Part shown: positions 1-8,961 of the stretch, one piece after another
Layout: the number at the start of each line of letters is the position of its first letter
Numbering within the stretch: the stretch's first letter is position 1
Source of the DNA: a virus
Taxonomy: Duplodnaviria > Caudoviricetes
Virus record (IMG/VR): IMGVR_UViG_3300036945_000174
Coordinates: 1-63,043 of that record
Reading direction: 5' to 3' (one strand)
DNA length: 63,043 nt
Program-made: the position numbers and the translations under genes
Notes under the pieces: generated by a model
What the model saw: only the letters and a program-made list of their open reading frames with translations
The model's database searches: none
Told to the model about the DNA's origin: nothing

Positions 1-172
1 TTATCTACTCCATTATCTGTTGTACCACCTAATAATAAATCTCCATAAATAGCAGTAGTTGTTGTTGAGCTATTACCTAATACAGTTGTGTTTGAACCTA
101 AGCCTGTTGCATCGTGTCCTATTACTATTTGATTAGTTTGGTTGTTTGCTAATGCTTTTGAAAAATAACCTA
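1..172. repeat. Terminal direct repeat, copy 1 (circular assembly overlap)
   Basis: 1-172 equals 62872-63043 except A45 vs G62916; the last 127 nt match exactly. Confidence 0.95.
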
Positions 173-1556
173 TATATATAGAGTTGTTTGTAATTGTATT
201 TTCTAAAATACCTGAAATATGCCTACCTGCTTGATGACCAATAGCAACATTATATATGCCAGTAGTGTTAGAGAATAAAGCCTGGCGACCAACACCAACA
301 TTTTGACTTCCAGTAGTGTTTGAATTTAAAGAATTTTGACCAACAGAAACGTTATCTGAACCTGTTGTATTTGATATTAATGATTGATGCCCAAAAGCTG
401 AATTATTATTTCCACTTGTGTTAGATTGCAAAGAAGATGTTCCAACAGAAGTATTATTACCGCCAGTAGTATTAGCATTTAAAGCACTTGACCCTACCCT
501 TGTGTTAGAAGCAATTGCTCCACCACCTCTACCAATATTAACACTATTAATAGTAGCATCAGCAGTAGTAGTTAAAGCACCTTGCACTCTTGCAGTTCCG
601 TTAACATCTAATCTAAAACCAGCATCTGTAAATGTACCTCCGCTTTGTATTAATACGTTTCCATTTGCAAATGTTGTAAGTCTTGCAGCACCATTTGTAG
701 ATAAACTTAAAGTACCAGTTGAATTATTAGAAAGATTAACATTTCCAGAATTAGCCTGTAATTGAGCTATATTAACTCCGCCTTCTTGTAAAAATATCCT
801 ACTATCTGAAGTTCTATTAATAATTAATCTGTCACTAGCAAATGTAAAGTTACTGCTTCCAGTTATTGAACTTGTACCATTCCAAAAAGCAACTTGACTT
901 GACGCTCCTGTTCCTGATACCGGTGTGAAACCTAACCACTCAGCAATTGTTTTATTTACCCATAATGTTCCGTTGTAACCAAGCACATCTCCATTGATAG
1001 GCACATCGGTTTTAATGTCTACATCGTGAATCTCGTTTAATTCAAAACCGTTTTGTACGTTTATGAATATCTCTCCGTTGTTAGAATTTACTCTAGTGAC
1101 AACTCCGATAAAAACTAAGTGAGCAGGAGCATAAGGTTTATTTGCTAAGCCGTAAATAAGATTACCATTAGTGCCTAACCATACAGGATCCCCAACTATT
1201 GCAGTTGATGTATCCAACCCGGCTAATCTACCTATTTGTACAACATCGGCAAAACCATTAATAGCAACTGTAGCATTAAGTAATCCTAAAGTTTTTGAAG
1301 ATGTAGCCTCAGTAGTATTTGATGCCAACCCCACAATTATATTAGTTCCGTCAGCGCTAGTTACATAAACAGCCTGCCCTTTATTTATAGCGACACCTGC
1401 CTTAACTTGGTTCTGAACATCACTAGCAACTCCTATGTCCGAATTAATCCAGCTAACTGTTGCTCCATTTGAAGATAGTACTTGGCCTGAAGTACCATTG
1501 GAGCCTGAAGAATCCTTCAGACCCGCTTGGACCTCTATATCGCTTTTAAATTTCAT
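1..1556 (-). CDS. N-terminal part of a large tail fibre / receptor-binding protein; continues across the contig join into 62871..60126 (about 1433 aa total)
   Basis: Not in the ORF track. ATG at 1556 (MKFKSDIEVQAGLKDSSGSNGTSGQVLSS...) is open to base 1, contains NTTG..N.A.G beta-roll-like repeats, and is in frame with 60126..62609 through the terminal repeat. Confidence 0.85.
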   Translation of the reverse strand, partial: MKFKSDIEVQAGLKDSSGSNGTSGQVLSSNGATVSWINSDIGVASDVQNQVKAGVAINKGQAVYVTSADGTNIIVGLASNTTEATSSKTLGLLNATVAINGFADVVQIGRLAGLDTSTAIVGDPVWLGTNGNLIYGLANKPYAPAHLVFIGVVTRVNSNNGEIFINVQNGFELNEIHDVDIKTDVPINGDVLGYNGTLWVNKTIAEWLGFTPVSGTGASSQVAFWNGTSSITGSSNFTFASDRLIINRTSDSRIFLQEGGVNIAQLQANSGNVNLSNNSTGTLSLSTNGAARLTTFANGNVLIQSGGTFTDAGFRLDVNGTARVQGALTTTADATINSVNIGRGGGAIASNTRVGSSALNANTTGGNNTSVGTSSLQSNTSGNNNSAFGHQSLISNTTGSDNVSVGQNSLNSNTTGSQNVGVGRQALFSNTTGIYNVAIGHQAGRHISGILENTITNNSIYIGYFSKALANNQTNQIVIGHDATGLGSNTTVLGNSSTTTTAIYGDLLLGGTTDNGVD

Positions 1557-1569
1557 ATATTATATTTTA

Positions 1570-3531
1570 TTATCCAATTTTTTGTAACAATGCTCTTACT
1601 GTATTTATTGCTTGCGTTTGTGCAAATGTAATTGTAATCAATCCAGCAGCACCTCTTGTAACGTCAGCATAAACAGTTTCGCCAGTTGCAACTAAAACTA
1701 ATTGAACCATTATCAATGATGAATCTGATCCAAGCCAGTGAGTAGCAGCAGAAATTGTGTAAGATGTTCCGGCAGCAGCAGGGCCTGTATTTGAGAATGA
1801 TGTTGCAGCATTAACTTTAGTAGCTAAATTAGCAATTGTTATTCTTTTATTTGTTGTAACGCTTACATCATAAATAGGTAATGAATCCGCTACGTCTGAG
1901 CCAGCATTAATATCTGCTAAGGTATCAATACTCAATCCAGCTACTACAGCTCCTGTTGTTGGCGTTATACCTAAACCTAATCTATTATTTACTGCCGATG
2001 CAGAAACTGACGTTACTGGAGTTGTATCTGTCCAAGGAACGTTAACAACCATTTGATTAGAAGCATTCAACTGAACTCCATAAGTTCTAGAAGCCGTAGT
2101 TGAAACCGCATTCCCCGCTACTGTTTGTACAGTATCAGAAAACAACTCAACTCCTCCTAATGTTGTTGATGTTGCTACCGGTAATGTATAAGTTGGATTA
2201 ACCCAAGTCCCATCACCTCTTAAGAATGTTGTATTAGCACCCCCTGAAGGTACAATACCTAAATTAGATCCTCCTGCATATATATCAGCAGAAACCCAAC
2301 CATTAGCAGTTACGTTAAAGTGAGCAGAGTTGAATCCAGCAATACCTTTTGTAGTTGCTCCATCAGTCGCTCCTTCTCCAGCAATATCTTGTCCTGATTG
2401 AACTACTGTCCAGTTTGCAAATGTAGCACCTGGATTATCTTGGTTAGCATAAATTAAATCTCCAGGCTGTACTGTTTCAGCAAAGAATGTACCTGTATTT
2501 GTTACTGCCCAAAACCATCCTTTTTTAATTAATGCAGACGGAGCCACATCTAAATCAGGAACGTTTGTAGCAGCATTATATCCTCCTTGGAATACTGATT
2601 GACCAACGTTTGATTGATCAACATAGCTTTTTGAAGCTGCGTCAGTTAAGGCAACTGGAGTTGTTGGAATTGTTACTTGTCCTCCAAAGCTTGATTGTCC
2701 TGTTCCAGAAACAGTTAAAGCTCCTGTAACAGTAACATCGTTTGGTAATCCAATAACAATTGTTCCGTTATTACCTGTTGTTTCAGTTACCTCAATCTCA
2801 TTTGTTGTTCCACTAAATGTAACAGAAGACGCAACACCAGAACCACTACCTCCAGCGGTTAAGTTGATTACAGCTGTATTAGCAGCTCCAGCAGCAACCG
2901 GTAATGTATATGTTGTATTTGTGTCTGGATTTGGTGGTAATGTAACTGTCTTTAAGTTTAAAGCAGTTATATGCCCTTGTGCATTACTAGTAACACTATC
3001 TACTGCAGTAAATGTACCTCCAAAAGCAGGAGATGCTGATGAAGATGTATCCGCTCTTGTAACAGATGCGTGGTTAATAGTAATAGTATCTGTTGCGCTT
3101 GCAACTGTAGATATTGCAGTGCCTCCTAATATACTAACTATATCTCCAGAATCTATTGATTGTGGAGTTCCTGTATTACCAGATAACGTCCATCCAGCGT
3201 ACTGTAATGGAGCAGCCCAAGTATTATCTCCTCTTAAGAATTTTGTATTGTCTGGAGTCCCAGTGGCATTTAAACTTGCCTCTAAACTAATGACATTACT
3301 TCCTGTAGCGCTTAAATTAGATAGGTTAATAAATGTACTGTTGTTTAAGTTTAATTGCTTTAAACCTATCCATTGTGATCCATCATGATATTTGAATGTG
3401 TTTACATTCGTTGTACTGTCTAAGTATATTTGTCCCTTAGCAGCTGTTGGCGCCGTAGACGCAACTTGAACCTTTGCATTTAGCAGTTGGTTGTCGTTGA
3501 GGTTTAGATTGTTTAAAAACTGTATTGCCAT
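1570..3531 (-). CDS. Virion structural / fibre-like protein
   Basis: 653 aa, T/A/G/S-rich, fibre-like motifs (FLRGDGTW twice, YTLPVA); late-gene context. Confidence 0.7.
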   Translation of the reverse strand: MAIQFLNNLNLNDNQLLNAKVQVASTAPTAAKGQIYLDSTTNVNTFKYHDGSQWIGLKQLNLNNSTFINLSNLSATGSNVISLEASLNATGTPDNTKFLRGDNTWAAPLQYAGWTLSGNTGTPQSIDSGDIVSILGGTAISTVASATDTITINHASVTRADTSSSASPAFGGTFTAVDSVTSNAQGHITALNLKTVTLPPNPDTNTTYTLPVAAGAANTAVINLTAGGSGSGVASSVTFSGTTNEIEVTETTGNNGTIVIGLPNDVTVTGALTVSGTGQSSFGGQVTIPTTPVALTDAASKSYVDQSNVGQSVFQGGYNAATNVPDLDVAPSALIKKGWFWAVTNTGTFFAETVQPGDLIYANQDNPGATFANWTVVQSGQDIAGEGATDGATTKGIAGFNSAHFNVTANGWVSADIYAGGSNLGIVPSGGANTTFLRGDGTWVNPTYTLPVATSTTLGGVELFSDTVQTVAGNAVSTTASRTYGVQLNASNQMVVNVPWTDTTPVTSVSASAVNNRLGLGITPTTGAVVAGLSIDTLADINAGSDVADSLPIYDVSVTTNKRITIANLATKVNAATSFSNTGPAAAGTSYTISAATHWLGSDSSLIMVQLVLVATGETVYADVTRGAAGLITITFAQTQAINTVRALLQKIG

Positions 3532-3533
3532 AG

Positions 3534-4247
3534 TTAGTTCATATATGCTTTCCCAGATTCATCTCCAGAAAAAGTTATTGTTAAGTTGTTTGCGTCTATA
3601 TAATTAACATCAGCTATACCTACTTGTCCAGTAGATAGCACCATTGTTACTGATGGAAATTTATCAAGATTGTGATTGATTATCCATGGATTAGCAGGAG
3701 TGTCTTGTGTAAATACAAATGTTTTATCTACAGCAGAATCTAAACTAACAAGAGATATCATGTAGTCCTCGTCCTCCTCCATAAAACCATGCCCTGTTCT
3801 ATAATCTACAGTAACAGTAAAGAAGTTAGGTTCATCGTCGTATATTACAATATCAGATATCTTATAAAATCCAAATGAATTAATATCGCTAGATTTAAAT
3901 ATAAGAACCTCACATTTATTTAAGAAATCAAGGAAGTCAGAAACTATGTTCTGCTTCATTGTGTACTTACTAAGAATAAATGTACTTATAGAAGAAAAAT
4001 TGACCGTAGCTCCTCTCTCTGGTATAAATGTCAAGGTTCCGTTAGGTCTAGTTTCTAAAGGATCTAGTGTATAGTACTTATACTGAAGTGGAACTCCAAT
4101 ATTAATAACTTGATTTTCGTTAAAGTACTCGGCTAACTTCTTAGGTGTAAAGTTCTTGGTTCTGTTCTGTTGATTAACATCAGATCCAATCCACTTATCA
4201 AGTGCAGTTATCTTTTCGTCTAATGTATATGTACTTATTTTTGTCAT
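3534..4247 (-). CDS. Putative virion structural protein
   Basis: C-terminal 'WIINHNLDKFPSVTMV...SGKAYMN' module typical of phage structural proteins. Confidence 0.6.
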   Translation of the reverse strand: MTKISTYTLDEKITALDKWIGSDVNQQNRTKNFTPKKLAEYFNENQVINIGVPLQYKYYTLDPLETRPNGTLTFIPERGATVNFSSISTFILSKYTMKQNIVSDFLDFLNKCEVLIFKSSDINSFGFYKISDIVIYDDEPNFFTVTVDYRTGHGFMEEDEDYMISLVSLDSAVDKTFVFTQDTPANPWIINHNLDKFPSVTMVLSTGQVGIADVNYIDANNLTITFSGDESGKAYMN

Positions 4248-4278
4248 ATTACTTTGTCTTAAGATGTTTTTGATTTTA

Positions 4279-4863
4279 CTAAATAAAACATCTTTTTTTT
4301 AATTCGTTTGTTTTTCTTCCAATACACAATGTATTTGACATTTCTGTAATAGAATCATAAAATATACCTGTGTATAAATCACAAACTAACGTTCCGTTAG
4401 CTCTTCTTAATTTATCTAAAACTTCTTTAGCATGAGTTACTTTTTTACCATACATAGGATTGTTTTCTCCCTGCATCCTTAGCGATGAATCATTACATTT
4501 AATCCCTTTATTCCAAGGAATATGACCTTTTTTAGCTTTGCTCATTTTTTCTTTAGATTCTAAAGTATGTTTAAATCCACTTTTCCCTCCATTAAAATAA
4601 TTCTTATTACAAAGATTTTCAAGACCTATTAAATTTATTAAAAATTCTTCTAACTCTAAAGAATCTATTTCTGATAAACTATCCTGTATAATATTTGAGT
4701 AATACCCATATTTTTTTACTGTATTTTTCCAATGTAAATTCCTTCCTGACTTAGATCTATATCTATTTCCCTTACCCTTACCAACGTAGAATATTTTATC
4801 GTCACTTTTTTTTCTATGTAAATAAACATAAAATATGTCTTTATTATCTTCCTTGACCAACAT
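4279..4863 (-). CDS. GIY-YIG homing endonuclease with NUMOD3-type motifs
   Basis: FYVYLH...FYVGKG..R motif; HTLESKEKMSKAKKG, PWNKG, NPMYGK; AT-rich. Confidence 0.85.
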   Translation of the reverse strand: MLVKEDNKDIFYVYLHRKKSDDKIFYVGKGKGNRYRSKSGRNLHWKNTVKKYGYYSNIIQDSLSEIDSLELEEFLINLIGLENLCNKNYFNGGKSGFKHTLESKEKMSKAKKGHIPWNKGIKCNDSSLRMQGENNPMYGKKVTHAKEVLDKLRRANGTLVCDLYTGIFYDSITEMSNTLCIGRKTNELKKRCFI

Positions 4864-4978
4864 ATCTTTTTTTATATTTTTTGCTAGATTTTAATTTAGA
4901 ACATGAATTTTTAGAGTGAACTCCAGGTCTATTAATCTTCTTAGACTCCTTATTGTTTGATTCTGTCTGCTTAGCCAT
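4844..4978 (-). CDS. Small basic protein (44 aa)
   Basis: Hand-translated MAKQTESNNKESKKINRPGVHSK...KKYKKRYVGQGR; start overlaps the upstream stop. Confidence 0.65.
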   Translation of the reverse strand: MAKQTESNNKESKKINRPGVHSKNSCSKLKSSKKYKKRYVGQGR

Positions 4979-5442
4979 TATAAGAATATTTTGTTTTTGA
5001 TCTGTCTATAAACATACATTCCGACAGGTATGAGTAATAACCATAAATAAACAAAATTGTTTACTTTTTTGTCTACCTTTTTTTCGAAAGTTTTTTTAAT
5101 ACCTTCTCTTTTTACATTTAACTTTTTTACAGAAGATACCTTTGAAATTTCTTTTGTTTTATCTATGGTTTCTTTTTTTGATTTCTTGCTATTTATAACT
5201 ACGTTCTTAAAAACCTTTCCGTCAATTTCCATAGGCTTTGACGTATCCTTTGCTGTGTACTCAACCTCATCTGTAGACTCTATTACAACTACGTTATTAT
5301 CTTTAACGTATGTTCCGTCTACCTTTACTTCAGATACGCTATCAACCTTAGTCTCTATAGTCGTTTTAGATACATCTACCTTTCTAGATGCACAAGAATG
5401 AAGTAGTAGTACACTAATAAATAGTATAAGCAGTCTTGCCAT
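4978..5442 (-). CDS. Putative unimolecular spanin-like lipoprotein (start revised to 5442)
   Basis: MARLLILFISVLLLHSC lipoprotein signal, beta-rich middle, C-terminal TM helix; next to the endolysin. Confidence 0.6.
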   Translation of the reverse strand: MARLLILFISVLLLHSCASRKVDVSKTTIETKVDSVSEVKVDGTYVKDNNVVVIESTDEVEYTAKDTSKPMEIDGKVFKNVVINSKKSKKETIDKTKEISKVSSVKKLNVKREGIKKTFEKKVDKKVNNFVYLWLLLIPVGMYVYRQIKNKIFL

Positions 5443-5872
5443 TTTTCTTCGTTGCTTTAAGAACTTGTTTTCTTTGCTTTCCTTTTGACTCATAAGATAC
5501 ATGAACCCAATCAGGATTCTTATCTGTTCCAAACTCCCATATCAACTGATCAAAAACTAGATTGTCTTTTATGTAATTGAATATTTTAGAATTTGTAATG
5601 TCTGTCCCGTCCATATCTAAATCGATTGCTTGACCCAAAAGGTGCTGACTTGATAAAGATCCTTTTATGGCCTTATTTAGAGCTAAACTTCTATATCCGG
5701 AACTTATATGTATCGGAACGTTAAAGTGATCTCTAATAGGCTGAAAAACGTTTACAGCTAGCTTTTTCATGTTCTCTAAGTGTTCTGCTGTAGGCTCGTT
5801 TTTTATACCGTTCCTTTTAGCGGATTCACTACTAATCATTTCTGCTAGAGATAGGTTTTTAGATAGATTCAT
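5414..5872 (-). CDS. Endolysin, peptidase M15 family
   Basis: ISSGYRS, SQH...G.A.D, QLIWE, WVHVS zinc-peptidase motifs. Confidence 0.85.
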   Translation of the reverse strand: MNLSKNLSLAEMISSESAKRNGIKNEPTAEHLENMKKLAVNVFQPIRDHFNVPIHISSGYRSLALNKAIKGSLSSQHLLGQAIDLDMDGTDITNSKIFNYIKDNLVFDQLIWEFGTDKNPDWVHVSYESKGKQRKQVLKATKKNGKTAYTIY

Positions 5873-6165
5873 TATTTTGAAAATATTTTTACTAGTATAG
5901 TACCTAATGATCCTAATATAATAAGCATTACCACCTTAAACTGCTTTACATATACAGACACCTCATTTTTAAATACTTCAAGATCCTCAACACGGTCCTC
6001 TATTTCATTTATCTTGTAAAGCATTCCGTGGTTATTGTTGAGCTCATTGCCAACAATAGCGTTCTTAATGTCGCGGATATTTTCTCCGACAATAGCCAAG
6101 TCTTCAACAAGTTCCTGCTGTTTTTTTTCAAGTCTATCCAATCTCTCTATCTCTAAATTACTCAT
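5872..6165 (-). CDS. Coiled-coil membrane protein (holin/antiholin candidate)
   Basis: Coiled coil plus C-terminal TM helix; lysis cassette. Confidence 0.5.
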   Translation of the reverse strand: MSNLEIERLDRLEKKQQELVEDLAIVGENIRDIKNAIVGNELNNNHGMLYKINEIEDRVEDLEVFKNEVSVYVKQFKVVMLIILGSLGTILVKIFSK

Positions 6166-6349
6166 TTTTTCTTATGGATAATTTTTCGACAATATCTGTA
6201 ACACCTTGAATACTAATATACGCTGTTGCTATTATAACCCAGTCTGAAGATGTTAGTGTGCCTGAGAATAGTCCAGCACATCCTATAAGAAAAACGAAAA
6301 GCTTTCTACTTATCCATCTGTTTATTATTGTATCAAGGTTCTTACGCAT
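6158..6349 (-). CDS. Holin-like small membrane protein
   Basis: SRKLFV followed by two hydrophobic segments; upstream of the endolysin. Confidence 0.55.
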   Translation of the reverse strand: MRKNLDTIINRWISRKLFVFLIGCAGLFSGTLTSSDWVIIATAYISIQGVTDIVEKLSIRKNE

Positions 6350-6350
6350 A

Positions 6351-6611
6351 CTACCAAAGAGCTACTATTCCTGTAGCTGTTGTTGTTGTTGAGAATACAC
6401 GAACTACTTGAATTGGCAATACTACTCCTGCTGGAACAGCATTTAACGTAATGTCATCACCTCCTGCGGTAAGAACTCTAATAATTCCTCCTGATCCAGT
6501 GTATAGTACACACGGATCTGCTTTTTCTGCTCCGTTAACTGAAGGAATATTTACCGTATCAGATTTAACTACTGCTAAGCCTCTTTCGGTCTGTAATTTT
6601 TGATATGCCAT
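6351..6611 (-). CDS. Head spike-base-like protein (resembles the RcGTA Rcc01079 family)
   Basis: LYTGSGGIIRVLTAGGDDITL..VPAG..LPIQV.RVFSTTTTATGIVAL pattern. Confidence 0.65.
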   Translation of the reverse strand: MAYQKLQTERGLAVVKSDTVNIPSVNGAEKADPCVLYTGSGGIIRVLTAGGDDITLNAVPAGVVLPIQVVRVFSTTTTATGIVALW

Positions 6612-6612
6612 C

Positions 6613-6771
6613 TTATTTTAATATTTTGTTTATTAGTAAATTAGGGTTGTTTAGTTTTGCCTTTCTAGCAGCACATCCACAGTCCTTTCCTGTTTTTTCT
6701 GATACCTTGTCTACTACCTTTTTTATTCCTGTCTTAGTAGTAACTAACTCAATTGCGTTTCCTAGTAACAT
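6613..6771 (-). CDS. Small phage protein with CGC motif (start revised)
   Basis: MLLGNAIELVTTKTGIKKVV...KDCGCAARKAKLN. Confidence 0.6.
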   Translation of the reverse strand: MLLGNAIELVTTKTGIKKVVDKVSEKTGKDCGCAARKAKLNNPNLLINKILK

Positions 6772-6772
6772 A

Positions 6773-7048
6773 TTATTTATTTTTTTTGCCTCTAGCTCTT
6801 TTATCTCCAGGCATGTCATTAGTATCACCTCTGTTAACTGACGCCTTCTTCATTACGTACCCCTTCTTCGTGTGTGCTAGGTCCATACCGTTCTTATCTC
6901 CGTATGTTCCTCTTTTACGATTCTCTCGGTTAAGCTCTACTCGTTTAGCTACTTGTTTATCAGATTTATTATATTCCTTCTGATACTCGTTACGCTTTTT
7001 TCTAGCTTCTGGATTCTCTTTGTAATATGTAGCAGTTTTACCTGGCAT
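6773..7048 (-). CDS. Basic protein, possibly a degenerate HNH-like fold
   Basis: K/R-rich; DLAH...VNRG motif. Confidence 0.5.
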   Translation of the reverse strand: MPGKTATYYKENPEARKKRNEYQKEYNKSDKQVAKRVELNRENRKRGTYGDKNGMDLAHTKKGYVMKKASVNRGDTNDMPGDKRARGKKNK

Positions 7049-7185
7049 TATTTCTTCTTTTTTATCTTTTTTTCTTGCTTTAGCATCTCTTTTGTTGGAG
7101 CCTTTCCACTTCCAGCATTAGCTCTAATGTTGTCCCATAGACCTCGTTTAGATACTGATCCGTCTTTTCTTTTCATCATCTTCAT
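7048..7185 (-). CDS. Small basic protein (45 aa)
   Basis: Hand-translated MKMMKRKDGSVSKRGLWDNIRANAGSGKAPTKEMLKQEKKIKKKK; abuts neighbours. Confidence 0.6.
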   Translation of the reverse strand: MKMMKRKDGSVSKRGLWDNIRANAGSGKAPTKEMLKQEKKIKKKK

Positions 7186-7186
7186 A

Positions 7187-7453
7187 CTACCACTTTACTT
7201 TATCTGCCCAGTAAGCCGCACTCGACTTACCTTTAGCTATATTCTTACTGTGTCTCGCCTTGAATGATGCTCTCTTCGCCTTCATTGCGTCGCTCTCTCC
7301 TGCCTTTGGTTTTCCTGCTGTCTTAGCTCCTTGCTCTCCGAATCGGATTATCTTTTCCTTTCCATTAGTACAAGCCTTCACAATGTGAGACTTTGTAGGA
7401 TGACTAGGTGTTCTATTAGGAGTGTTACACTTCATTGACTTCTTATCAACCAT
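7187..7453 (-). CDS. Basic phage protein
   Basis: IIRFGEQG...RASFKARH...SAAYWADKVKW pattern. Confidence 0.7.
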   Translation of the reverse strand: MVDKKSMKCNTPNRTPSHPTKSHIVKACTNGKEKIIRFGEQGAKTAGKPKAGESDAMKAKRASFKARHSKNIAKGKSSAAYWADKVKW

Positions 7454-7454
7454 G

Positions 7455-7586
7455 TTACTTCTTTTTAGACTTTTCTGCCTTTGATAATGCTATAGCTATA
7501 GCCTGCTTTTGAGACTTACCGTGCTTCATCTCTGTTCTTATGTTGGCGCTAATAGTTTTAGCGCTCTTTCCTGACTTTAGTGGCAT
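7455..7586 (-). CDS. Small basic protein (43 aa)
   Basis: Hand-translated MPLKSGKSAKTISANIRTEMKHGKSQKQAIAIALSKAEKSKKK. Confidence 0.65.
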   Translation of the reverse strand: MPLKSGKSAKTISANIRTEMKHGKSQKQAIAIALSKAEKSKKK

Positions 7587-7589
7587 AAT

Positions 7590-7706
7590 TTATTTCTTTA
7601 CGTTACCTTTTAGGTAGCTCATTTTACCATTAAGAGACTTTTTTGACTCGTACTGAGCTGCTTTTTTCTTACTTGCAGCCATGCTTGGTGCGCATTTTTT
7701 CTTCAT
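7590..7706 (-). CDS. Small basic protein (38 aa)
   Basis: Hand-translated MKKKCAPSMAASKKKAAQYESKKSLNGKMSYLKGNVKK; first gene after the minus-strand promoter box. Confidence 0.55.
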   Translation of the reverse strand: MKKKCAPSMAASKKKAAQYESKKSLNGKMSYLKGNVKK

Positions 7707-7720
7707 AGCTATAAATTATT

Positions 7721-7736
7721 TATCTTTGCAAAGATA
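7721..7736. promoter_or_regulatory. Palindrome carrying a Bacteroidota -7 promoter box on each strand
   Basis: TATCTTTGCAAAGATA gives TAnnTTTG on both strands between divergent genes. Confidence 0.7.
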
Positions 7737-7751
7737 TTAAATTTAATTCAA

Positions 7752-8345
7752 ATGAAATTTACTAAAATAATAAAGAAAACCTACACAAGAGTCGAACCAA
7801 AGTCAGATTATCTAAAGTACTGGCGCATTGTTCGTATATGGGCAAGAGAAAAACACGGTCTAAGCTACTCAGACCTAGAGATGCTGCTATTTTTACATAG
7901 TGAGAGGCTTTTTAACAAGTCAAAATTTATAGAATTCAACAAGATGATGTCCTGGGACAACGTAAGATTTGCTAGACTGTACCGTGACGGGTGGATTAGC
8001 AAGTGGAGGGAACGTATCGGTAATGAAGCTACGTTATATGAGGTTTCATTGAAGGGTAGAAACCTTATAAAGGCTATCTACAAGAAGCTAGAAGGTGAGC
8101 AGACTATCTCAGAATCACCTAGTGCCAACCCGATGTTTCAAAAAAGAAACAGTGGGTACGCTATGGACCGTGATAAAACTATAATTCGTAAGATGAATCG
8201 TACAAGAAAAGAAAAAAAGAGGCTGTCTGATCTTGCTGAGCAAGAGTACCAGAAGCAGCCTCATGTTATTAAAAGAAGAAAGGAGATAACTCCTTATTTA
8301 GAGTACAAAAAGAGTCTAAAGAACAACGACGATGTCTCGCTCTAA
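7752..8345 (+). CDS. Winged-helix (MarR-like) DNA-binding protein, candidate regulator
   Basis: GLSYSDLEMLLFL...RLYRDGWI...LYEVSLKG pattern; lone plus-strand gene inside the late block. Confidence 0.55.
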   Translation: MKFTKIIKKTYTRVEPKSDYLKYWRIVRIWAREKHGLSYSDLEMLLFLHSERLFNKSKFIEFNKMMSWDNVRFARLYRDGWISKWRERIGNEATLYEVSLKGRNLIKAIYKKLEGEQTISESPSANPMFQKRNSGYAMDRDKTIIRKMNRTRKEKKRLSDLAEQEYQKQPHVIKRRKEITPYLEYKKSLKNNDDVSL

Positions 8346-8573
8346 TATAATCGTATAAGGAGTGTCGTTGATTAGCATGGTGTAACCAGCTCCCTTATCA
8401 TAATATATAAGGTCCCCCTCCTTTACACAGTCTACATTGGTGCCAGGTCGAACGACCTGGCCTTTTTTGTAGCGAAACTTTTCGTTGTCACTCCCTGATA
8501 AAAGCAGTCCAGACTCTGTCTGGATCTGCTCGTCGATTGAATTTATTACTACGTACTTATTTATTGGTTGCAT
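8316..8573 (-). CDS. groES: Co-chaperonin GroES homologue
   Basis: MQPINKYVVI...TESGLLL...G.VV..G...VKEGDLIYY...ILERDIVVVL. Confidence 0.9.
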   Translation of the reverse strand: MQPINKYVVINSIDEQIQTESGLLLSGSDNEKFRYKKGQVVRPGTNVDCVKEGDLIYYDKGAGYTMLINDTPYTIILERDIVVVL

Positions 8574-8574
8574 A

Positions 8575-8961
8575 CTAGTATAGACTCATAGTTAATAATT
8601 CTCTAATTATTTCATTGTCTGGATTAATAGCGTATCCAAGAGCAAATGATGCCGATACTTCGAACGACACGCCTGGTTTTTGCTTTACCCAGAACTCCTT
8701 TACGAATTCAGAGTCAATAATTTCATTTGTTTTCTCGTCTCTTGTTACTGTGAATAGCGCTGCTTTTACTTGTTTCATTTTATTTGATGTTACTGTTAGT
8801 TTTTGATTTGGAAATGGATCTCCCATTCCGACGTTTGATGATGTATTATATATTAGTCCTTGATTTGTAAATCCAGTACCTGTACTTACTCCTAAGTAAC
8901 TACTACTATTTGTATCCTTAAACGTAAGTGTTCCTGATGAATTCATTCTTGCTTGTTCCAT
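8575..8961 (-). CDS. Hypothetical protein between groEL and groES
   Basis: 128-aa ORF abutting both neighbours. Confidence 0.6.
   Translation of the reverse strand: MEQARMNSSGTLTFKDTNSSSYLGVSTGTGFTNQGLIYNTSSNVGMGDPFPNQKLTVTSNKMKQVKAALFTVTRDEKTNEIIDSEFVKEFWVKQKPGVSFEVSASFALGYAINPDNEIIRELLTMSLY

Noticed and set aside
418-1368. Plus-strand ORFs 418-765 and 1171-1368 (and similar ones at 2864, 5057, 8953-10587, 33655-39858, 61183, 62572)
   Set aside because: Antisense shadows of long minus-strand genes.
8934-8960. CTGATGA hammerhead-like core
   Set aside because: No stem II or GAAA follows; lies antisense within a coding region.
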